This document shows, piece by piece, positions 49,101 to 55,939 of a stretch of 64,000 bases of DNA (the stretch's first letter is position 1; each line of letters starts with the position of its first letter). The position numbers were made by a program, and so were the translations under genes. This stretch comes from Verrucomicrobiia bacterium (GTDB lineage: Bacteria; Verrucomicrobiota; Verrucomicrobiia; Opitutales; Opitutaceae): NCBI GenBank assembly GCA_011525695.1, contig WYBX01000051.1, positions 4,691 through 68,690 on the forward strand. The letters run 5' to 3'. The notes beneath the pieces are model-generated. The model was not told the DNA's origin and ran no database searches. It saw only the letters and a program-made list of their open reading frames with translations.

Positions 49101-49856
49101 ATGCACCCGCTGATCGGGCCGTCGCTTCAGCTGGTCTTCTTGCTGACGGAGGCCCTGGGTGAGGTCTCGACTACGGCGATAAACGCGGCCTGGGAGCGCT
49201 GGATTGGGCCGCAGCGTTTCCAGCGAAAGCTGACGCAGCTTGTCGAACACGGCTGGCTGCAATCGCGACGCAATGCAGTCGATGAGCGGGTGGTTGGCCT
49301 CACCGCCTCCGGCCGGCGGATCGCTCTCGGCGGCAGGGATCCCGAAGCGTGTTGGAGTCGGACATGGGACGGCAAATGGCGCCTCGCGCTGTTCGATATC
49401 CCCGAAGTGCGTGTGGCGCTTCGGGCGAAGTTGCGCCGGAGGCTCTGCGTGTTGGGGTTTGGCTATCTCCAGAACAGCGTTTGGATAAGTCCCGACCACG
49501 CTGATATCCTGATGACGGCAATGCGAGACAGCCGCACCAACGTGGAGTCGTTCATGCTGATGGAAGCTCGGCCGGCTGGCGGCGAAACCGATCTTCAGAT
49601 TGTGGAGGGGGCCTGGGACTTTGGCCGCATCAACCGCAACTACGAAATTCATCTCGAGATTCTGAGTGATGTCCCCGGGCGCGGATCCACACGGCAGAGC
49701 AGGCGAAACTGGTTAGCCGTCGAATGGAAGGCTTGGGAGCGCGCGATGGGCAGCGACCCGCTGCTGCCCGAGGTCCTGCTGCCGAAGCCGTATCTTGGTC
49801 GGGAAGCATGGGCACGGCGCTGGCAAGTGCTCCATCGGATTTTGGCTGCCGCCTGA
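49101..49856 (+). CDS. PaaX-family transcriptional regulator-like protein
   Basis: The 251-aa protein has an N-terminal wHTH-like region (LTQLVEHGWLQSRRN). The motif WDGKWRLALFDIPEVRVALRAKLRRRLCVLGFGYLQNSVWISP parallels E. coli PaaX WDGKWLLLL. The C-terminal DPLLPEVLLPKPYLG parallels PaaX DPLLPEELLPAHWAG. Confidence 0.75.
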   Translation: MHPLIGPSLQLVFLLTEALGEVSTTAINAAWERWIGPQRFQRKLTQLVEHGWLQSRRNAVDERVVGLTASGRRIALGGRDPEACWSRTWDGKWRLALFDIPEVRVALRAKLRRRLCVLGFGYLQNSVWISPDHADILMTAMRDSRTNVESFMLMEARPAGGETDLQIVEGAWDFGRINRNYEIHLEILSDVPGRGSTRQSRRNWLAVEWKAWERAMGSDPLLPEVLLPKPYLGREAWARRWQVLHRILAAA

Positions 49857-49943
49857 AGCTTGCAGGTTCGCTGTCCGGTGGTCTGCGGTTTGTGTTGTGG
49901 AGGCTTGCGACCATCCCGGCAGCACTCTCGTGTGGTGCCGCCT

Positions 49944-49980
49944 GCCAAATCGATGTTACGATCGTAACATCGATCTGGCT
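49944..49980 (+). promoter_or_regulatory. 37-bp repeat, copy 2 (palindrome extended to 26 bp)
   Basis: The sequence is GCCAAATCGA-TGTTACGATCGTAACA-TCGATCTGGCT. ATCGATGTTACGATCGTAACATCGAT (49949-49974) is a perfect 26-bp palindrome. Confidence 0.8.
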
Positions 49981-50080
49981 GGGCAACTGTGGCACGCGCG
50001 CCGGACTGCCGGGTAACGATCCGCCTCTGGGATTCGACACACCGGCGGATCGGAGGGTCTTCACATGGGGCGACCGCTAA

Positions 50081-50117
50081 GCCAATTCACTGTTACGATC
50101 GTTACACCGATTTGGTC
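50081..50117 (+). promoter_or_regulatory. 37-bp repeat, copy 3 (one core mismatch)
   Basis: The sequence is GCCAATTCAC-TGTTACGATCGTTACA-CCGATTTGGTC. It has the same orientation as copies 1 and 2, and its centre is 137 bp from the centre of copy 2. Confidence 0.8.
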
Positions 50118-50298
50118 GACGCGCCGGGAAAATCGAACAGAAGCATCCGGAACCGCCGCCCTTCAGGACGGCGTCCGGTTCGGAGCGCGAGCGCAACACC
50201 CGCGTTCGTATGCGAGTGGTCGTGATGGTGGCGATCGCCGGGGTGACCTTTGATCCCGCCATCACAGGCGTTTTCACCCGGGAGCAGGGCCCCGCCAG

Positions 50299-50541
50299 CT
50301 AGTCGGCAACGAGTTCCTGCGGAGCCGCTGCCGAGACGCCTGCCAGCACTTTCAAGCCATGCTCCGCCATCCGCATCCGGGCGCCGTGGTCCATCCCGCC
50401 GGCCAGCACGAGCTCGGTGCCGGCCGCGCAATGATGGTGCCGGCACATACCCGGAACCGCAGTCCAACCGAGAATTACGCGAATGAAAGACGCGGCGGCT
50501 GCGCCGCGTCTCCATTTCCTGTCCCCGTGCAATCCATGCAA
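50299..50541 (-). pseudogene. Possible fragment of a NifX/NifB-like (Nitro_FeMo-Co domain) small protein
   Basis: The C-terminal half, TELVLAGGMDHGARMRMAEHGLKVLAGVSAAAPQELV, resembles the (V/L)(I/V)xGGxGxxAxxxLxxxGIxV pattern of that family. No matching N-terminal half is present and the ORF has a TTG start. This is a weak call. Confidence 0.25.
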
Positions 50542-50594
50542 TCCTTGGCCAGTACGAGCCGCGATGCATTGGTGGCCGGGAGGATCCTGGCCGT

Positions 50595-50949
50595 ATGGAT
50601 TCTCTTTTGGCAGTCGATTCGACCTTGGTCGCTGGGGTGCCGGCCGGGCCCTGGTCGCTGACGGTCCGGACCGAGAACGATCTGCCGGTCAATTCCGACC
50701 GTTACTACACGAACGGCGTCAGCCTATCGTTCGCCCACTGTGCCGACGAGCAGACCTCCCTGTGGCCGTGGGTGCTGCGGCTGCCCGGGCTTGGCCGGTC
50801 AGGCTTGCTGGCGAATGGGTATGATGTTGGCCAAGTCATGGTCACGCCGGCAGCTCACCGCGTCGTGGGTCGCCTGGGGACGCGAGTTTGACGCCCAGGT
50901 GGTGCGGCACTCGGAATTCGGAGCCGTGAGCTTCAGCTATTTCCGATAG
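50595..50949 (+). pseudogene. Lipid A deacylase LpxR-family (DUF2219) gene with apparent large internal deletion and frameshift
   Basis: The N-terminal piece, WSLTVRTENDLPVNSDRYYTNGVSLSF...GYDVGQVMVTPA, matches the family start. A different frame then ends in REFDAQVVRHSEFGAVSFSYFR-stop, which looks like the C-terminal beta-strand of the family. About 200 aa of barrel in between are absent. Confidence 0.4.
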
Positions 50950-51025
50950 GGCCGCATGCCGCTTGAGCACGAAGCCGAAACCCGGATTCGATTGACGGCA
51001 GGACCGGACCAGGGATTCCAGCGCG

Positions 51026-52903
51026 TCACGGGCCGCCGAGCAGCTTTTCCATCTCATCCATCACCCGGTTCATCCGGCGCATCGTGAGGTCGAGCGGTTC
51101 GCGGGTGGTCATGTCGACACCGGCTCGGCGGAGCAGCGCGATGGGATAATCGGAGCCGCCGGCGGAAATCAGCTCGAGGTACCTGCGGGTGGCGTCCGGG
51201 TCGCCGGCCAGGACCCGCTCGGACAGCGCCGCGGAGGCGGTGTAGGATGTGGCGTACTGAAACACGTAGTACGCCCGATAGAAGTGCGGGACATAGGACC
51301 ATTCGTGCGCCACGTAGTCGTCCACCACGGTGACGCCCTCGTCGTGCCCGTAGTACCGGCGCGTGATCCCCGCATACAGCGCCGCCAGGGCGTCGCCCGT
51401 CAGCGCCTCGCCCCGCTCGGCCATCTCGTGCATCCGCAGCTCGAACTCGGCGAACTGCGTCTGCCGGAACACGGTTCCCTTGATGCCCTCGAGGTAGTTC
51501 CCCAGCAGCGACAGCCGCGCGTCGCGGTCCCGGACCTGGCGCAGCACATGATCGATCAGCAGCGCCTCGTTGAACGTGGAGGCCACCTCGGCGAGGAAGA
51601 TCGGGTACTCGGCCTTGGCGTAAGGCTGCGCCTGGCTCGAGAGGAAGCTGTGCATGGTGTGGCCGAGCTCGTGCGCCAGCGTGCTCATGTCGTCGTACTT
51701 GTCGGTGTAGTTCAGGAGCATGTAGGGATGCACATCGTACGTGCCGTTGGAATAGGCGCCGGAGCGCTTGCCGGAGGTGGGATAAAGGTCGATCCAGCGT
51801 TCGCGGAACGCCCGCTCCACCACGGCGACGTAGTCGCGCCCGAGCGGGGCCAGCGCGGCGAGTATCTCGCGCTGCGCCTGCTCCACCGGGTACTCGAGAT
51901 CGACCGATCGGACCAGCGGTGCGTACAGGTCGTAATAATGCAGCGTGTCCACCCCGAGCATCCGCTGCCGCAGCCGCAGATAGCGGTGGAACGTCGGCAG
52001 GTTCGCATTCACGCCTTCGATCAGCCGGTGGTAGACCTCCACCGGGATGTTGTTCACGTCGAGCGCGGCCTCGAGCGTCGAGCCGTACCGGCGGGCCGTC
52101 ATCAGGAAAAGGTCCTTCTGCACGCTGGCATTCATCGTCGAGCCGAACGTCCGCCGGTAATTCCCGAGCGCCCCGAAGAACTCGGACATGACCTGCGACC
52201 GATCCTCGCGACGGGGGCTGGCCCGGTGCAGCGCGAACGCCGCGGCGCTCAGCGTCACCGTCGTGCCATCGCCCAGCTTGACGGTGGGATAGGGGAAATC
52301 CGCATCGGCAAAGACGCCAAAGATGTCCGCCGGCGTGCCCGCGAGCACGCCGGTTTGCGCGATCAGGCGCTCCTCGGCATCGGTGCCGGTGTGCGGCTGC
52401 CGCCGGATGATGTTGTCGAGGAAATGGTCATACGGCTTCAGGCCCGGCCGTTCGCGGAGGAATTGCCGGATCCGTTCGCCGCCGAGCTTGAGGATCTCGG
52501 GCTTCAGATAAGCGGTCTCCGCCGCGAAGGCGGTGGCGAGCCGCGCCATGTCGCGGCTCATCGCCTGTCCCTTCGCCTCGCGGGTATCCTCGTCGGCGAG
52601 TTGCAGCGCGTAGGCCTGGAGGCGATCGAGCTGGCGGCTCAGCGTGGCCATCGTCTCGAGTGCGGTCTCGAGCCCCGCGGCGGAGGCGCCCAGCTGGCCG
52701 GCGAAGGTCTTCATCCGCGGCAGCTCCGCTTCGAATTTTTCCCTGTCCTGGCGCCAGGCCTCCTCGCTCGGAAACAGGTCCGCGAGGTTCCACTTGTATT
52801 GCTCCGGAATCTGGGCGCGTTCCGCCGGCTGCGCCGGCAGCGAAGCGGTCGCCAGCCCGACGAGGGCCGTCGCGGCGATCAAGATTGTCTTGGGAATTCT
52901 CAT
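51026..52903 (-). CDS. pepF: Oligoendopeptidase F family (M3B) metallopeptidase, secreted
   Basis: The zinc motif HELGHTMH is present and the M3B-like length and pattern fit. The signal peptide MRIPKTILIAATALVGLATASLPAQ starts at the ATG at 52903. Confidence 0.9.
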   Translation of the reverse strand: MRIPKTILIAATALVGLATASLPAQPAERAQIPEQYKWNLADLFPSEEAWRQDREKFEAELPRMKTFAGQLGASAAGLETALETMATLSRQLDRLQAYALQLADEDTREAKGQAMSRDMARLATAFAAETAYLKPEILKLGGERIRQFLRERPGLKPYDHFLDNIIRRQPHTGTDAEERLIAQTGVLAGTPADIFGVFADADFPYPTVKLGDGTTVTLSAAAFALHRASPRREDRSQVMSEFFGALGNYRRTFGSTMNASVQKDLFLMTARRYGSTLEAALDVNNIPVEVYHRLIEGVNANLPTFHRYLRLRQRMLGVDTLHYYDLYAPLVRSVDLEYPVEQAQREILAALAPLGRDYVAVVERAFRERWIDLYPTSGKRSGAYSNGTYDVHPYMLLNYTDKYDDMSTLAHELGHTMHSFLSSQAQPYAKAEYPIFLAEVASTFNEALLIDHVLRQVRDRDARLSLLGNYLEGIKGTVFRQTQFAEFELRMHEMAERGEALTGDALAALYAGITRRYYGHDEGVTVVDDYVAHEWSYVPHFYRAYYVFQYATSYTASAALSERVLAGDPDATRRYLELISAGGSDYPIALLRRAGVDMTTREPLDLTMRRMNRVMDEMEKLLGGP

Positions 52904-53169
52904 GACCGATTCGAATCCTCGGGCTCCAGAGCCGTCAATTGGCAAGTGGCTGACGGAGATGGAGTGAGGATTGGCGCCAAACGCCTCGCGCCAGTTGTCG
53001 CGGCTATCTGCTGACCGAATGGAATATTCTCATACCGCCAAACGTTCGGGGCTGGATCGTGGCACGCCAGAGGCACGGTCGCAATCACCCACGCCGATCG
53101 TGGTTGCTGGGATCATCTGGCTGATCTGGTCATTGGCGTTCGAAAAGATCAGATTTCAACTCCCTCGAA

Positions 53170-55617
53170 ATGAAACTGCCCCTTAACCTGTCCCCGGTTC
53201 GCGTTCGATCCTGCTGTCGCGCGATCACCTGTCTTGCGGCCAGCCTGACTGCCGGGTGGCTGCTCGCCGCCCCGTCCGCCACGTCATGGGGGAAGGCAAT
53301 TTCCGGGCGGGTGTTCGCCGACCTCAACGGGGACGGCGCTGCGAATTCGACCGAACCCGGACTGGCCGGCGTGGCCGTTTCGGACGGTCATACGGTCGCG
53401 GTCACGGCGACCGACGGCACTTACTCGATCGCGAATCCTGCCGGTCCCTTCGTTTTCGTTTCGCTGCCCCGCGGCTATCGTTCGGCAGGACCATTCTATC
53501 TCCCCACCGTTGCCGGCGGGATCGTCGACTTCCCGCTGGCCGACTGGCCCGCATCCCGCCGCGATGCCGCCCGATTCGTGCAGATCACCGATACGCACGT
53601 GAACGACTCGCTGGAGTCCGTGCACACGTTCAAGGACGACTTGGCGGAAATCGATGCACTCCAGCCGCGGGCCGCGTTTGTGATCGCGACGGGCGATCTG
53701 GTCGATATCGGCCGGGAGCAGCCACAATTCGAAAACTACCGCCAGGGGATCGCCTCGCTCGACCTGCCGCTCTTCAATCTGCCGGGAAACCACGACGTTG
53801 GGAAGTCGAGCGGGCGGCTGGAACACTACCACCGATATCTCGGCCCGGACTATTATTCCTTCAATTTTGCCGGCTGCCATTTTGTGCTCATCAACGGCGA
53901 GCTGCTCGACGGCGAGGACCGGGAGCCGGCAATCAGGGCATTCCTCACGACCGGGCGCATGCCAACGGAGTCGGAACTGCCTGGCGGCGCGGCCCAGCTG
54001 CGATGGATCCAGCAGGATCTCGCGGTCGCGCCCGCGGGATCGACGATCGTCTTTGGAACACACTTCCTGCCGTCCACGACGATGCTCCGTCTATTCAATG
54101 CGTTCGGGGCCAAGGCGGTGCTCAGCGGCCACTGGCATGGGCACCGCGTCACGCAGGAGGAAGGCGTACTGGACCTCAACTCTCCGCCCCTGCGATTCGG
54201 TGGTATCGACCGGCATCCACGCAGCTTTCGCGTGATCGACATCGCCCCGGGCGGCATCCGCAACGAACTCCGTCTCGGCGGCTTCCAGCGCCACGCGACC
54301 GTGGTTTCTCCGCGGGGTATCCAGCCGGCCGCCGGCGCGACCCTGCCCGTGCTGGTGAACGCCTACGATACCCGCTCGAAGGTGGAGAGTGTTACCTGCC
54401 GGATTGGCGACCAGGCGATTGCCCTCCGCGCAACGGGCAGCTGGAGTTGGGTGGGCGAGTTGCAAATTGACCCGAGGCAGACCGGAACGCAGACGGTGGT
54501 TGCAACGGTGCGGGCCGGCAACGGCGACAGCTGGCAAACCGAAGCCTCGTTCGAACGCCGCAGCGCTCCCGCTGCCCTGCAACTCAGGTGGGCTGCGCCA
54601 GCGGGCGGATTCATCGGCATATCCTCACCGGCCGCAAACGGATCCACGATCGTCGTGGGCTGTGACGATACAGGCAACCTCGACCAGTGCGGCGTGACCG
54701 CCTTCAATCCCGACGGAACGCGTCGCTGGCACTTCGCCACCGACAGCGGGGTCAAGAATCGCATCGCCTTGTCGGATGGCCGGGTGTTTGCCACGAGTGT
54801 CGCCGGCTGGCTGTATGCGGTGGACGAGCACTCCGGCCAGTTGCTGTGGAAGGCTGCGCTCGGCCGCGAACTGACGCGCTGGGAGACAACTGCAACGGTC
54901 GTGGCAGCCGATGCCGTGCACGTCGGCTCCGCGAGCTGCATCGCCACATTCGATGCGGCCACCGGCCACCAGCGGTGGGCGACGGCTGCAGCGGGGCGCG
55001 ACAGCGACTGGTGGCCGAGTTCCTACACCGTTCCGGTGGCAACGCACGATCGGGTTCTGTTCTCGGATCTGCGCTACGGCGCCTTTGCCCTCGAGGCTGG
55101 GGCGGGCGAACTCGAATGGAAACTTGCCGGCAAGTTCACCGGATTCACCGTGGATGGCGATACCGCCTACACGGTGTGGGACGGGCGGCCGACGGCGCTG
55201 GACGTTCGCACCGGGCGCACCCTTTGGCAGGGGAAGGATTCCCTGCCGGGCAGCGCGTCGAACCCAGTGCTGGCCGGCGATCGCGTCATCGTGGGCACGG
55301 CGGACGGCCGTGTCCGGGCGTTCGCATCCCGCGACGGCGCGACACTGTGGGATTACCAGACTGGCCCGAGCCTCACCTCGCTCGAGCCCTACCGGCGCGG
55401 CGGCAGCGACGTGAACGGCACGCCCGCCATCAGCGGCGACCGGGTCTATGTAGGAGCGAGCGACGGCCAGCTGCACGCCATCCGGCTGTCCGACGGAAGC
55501 GAAATCGGCAGTTTCGATCTCGGCGTGCCCATCGCATCGTCGCCCGTCGTCCAAGATGGCACGATCTACATCGGCGCCTACGACGGCAACCTCTACGCGT
55601 TCACCGAAGGACCGTAG
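53170..55617 (+). CDS. Secreted metallophosphoesterase fused to a PQQ-like (BamB-type) beta-propeller
   Basis: A signal peptide is followed by an SdrD-B/CarboxypepD-like module (ISGRVFADLNGDGAANSTEPGLAGVAVS). The calcineurin-like motifs ITDTH, GDLVD, GNHD and GHWHGH come next. The C-terminal half has repeated propeller blades (GWLYAVDEHSGQLLWK, GRVRAFASRDGATLWD, GQLHAIRLSDG, GNLYAF). Confidence 0.8.
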   Translation: MKLPLNLSPVRVRSCCRAITCLAASLTAGWLLAAPSATSWGKAISGRVFADLNGDGAANSTEPGLAGVAVSDGHTVAVTATDGTYSIANPAGPFVFVSLPRGYRSAGPFYLPTVAGGIVDFPLADWPASRRDAARFVQITDTHVNDSLESVHTFKDDLAEIDALQPRAAFVIATGDLVDIGREQPQFENYRQGIASLDLPLFNLPGNHDVGKSSGRLEHYHRYLGPDYYSFNFAGCHFVLINGELLDGEDREPAIRAFLTTGRMPTESELPGGAAQLRWIQQDLAVAPAGSTIVFGTHFLPSTTMLRLFNAFGAKAVLSGHWHGHRVTQEEGVLDLNSPPLRFGGIDRHPRSFRVIDIAPGGIRNELRLGGFQRHATVVSPRGIQPAAGATLPVLVNAYDTRSKVESVTCRIGDQAIALRATGSWSWVGELQIDPRQTGTQTVVATVRAGNGDSWQTEASFERRSAPAALQLRWAAPAGGFIGISSPAANGSTIVVGCDDTGNLDQCGVTAFNPDGTRRWHFATDSGVKNRIALSDGRVFATSVAGWLYAVDEHSGQLLWKAALGRELTRWETTATVVAADAVHVGSASCIATFDAATGHQRWATAAAGRDSDWWPSSYTVPVATHDRVLFSDLRYGAFALEAGAGELEWKLAGKFTGFTVDGDTAYTVWDGRPTALDVRTGRTLWQGKDSLPGSASNPVLAGDRVIVGTADGRVRAFASRDGATLWDYQTGPSLTSLEPYRRGGSDVNGTPAISGDRVYVGASDGQLHAIRLSDGSEIGSFDLGVPIASSPVVQDGTIYIGAYDGNLYAFTEGP

Positions 55618-55627
55618 AAACCAGTCG

Positions 55628-55864
55628 TTACTGCTGACGGCTGTTTCCAGCGGGGAAATCTTTGAGCCAGCGATCCCGCATTTCCTCCTTGGTCATCTTT
55701 GCCCAGTAAATCTTGCCCCTGATGGCGCGTTGGGCTCCCGGAGCGATCGGGCCCAGGTTGACAATCGCATGGAGGCAATCGGCGGGATGATGATCGGAGA
55801 TGTGGGTCGTTCGTTCCCAGAAGAGACCCGCAACCCACTGTCCATCTGCGCTGACACGCGCCAT
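55628..55864 (-). CDS. Hypothetical small ORF (78 aa), possibly the tail of a lost gene
   Basis: The ORF starts at an ATG and has no motif I recognise. Its composition is protein-like (not Arg/Pro/Gly junk) and extends a further 25 codons upstream, to the TGA stop of the PQQ dehydrogenase, which is in the same frame. Confidence 0.3.
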   Translation of the reverse strand: MARVSADGQWVAGLFWERTTHISDHHPADCLHAIVNLGPIAPGAQRAIRGKIYWAKMTKEEMRDRWLKDFPAGNSRQQ

Positions 55865-55939
55865 CAGGCCATTGTCGATATCGGCGAGGAATCGCGTTGG
55901 GCCGTAAGGTTCGAGGTGCGTAATCCGTTCCAGTTTGCA

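Noticed and set aside
49041-50106. The 16-bp palindrome TGTTACGATCGTAACA read as a ParB parS site or a LexA (SOS) box
   Set aside because: It shares only the outer TGTT...AACA with the canonical parS (TGTTNCACGTGAAACA as I recall), and the central 8 bp differ. No parAB or oriC-type genes are nearby. The Verrucomicrobia LexA box I recall is TGTTC-N4-GAACA (14 bp), which has different spacing and half-site. No SOS genes are adjacent.
49031-50117. The three 37-bp repeats read as a CRISPR array
   Set aside because: There are only three copies and their spacing is irregular (913 bp and 137 bp between centres). One 'spacer' contains a whole regulator gene, and there are no cas genes in the window.
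50102-50692. A 196-aa minus-strand ORF spanning the decayed region
   Set aside because: Its composition is extremely Arg/Gly/Ser-rich and it has no motif. It overlaps both the NifX-like fragment frame and the LpxR-like start, so it is most likely a shadow frame.
53115-53131. ATCTGGCT-GATCTGGTC tandem upstream of the metallophosphoesterase gene, which resembles the right arm (CGATCTGGCT) of the 37-bp repeat
   Set aside because: The shared segment is only 8-9 nt, short enough to occur by chance in 64 kb on two strands, and the palindromic core is absent. I noted it only as something to re-examine if the 37-bp element turns out to be an operator.
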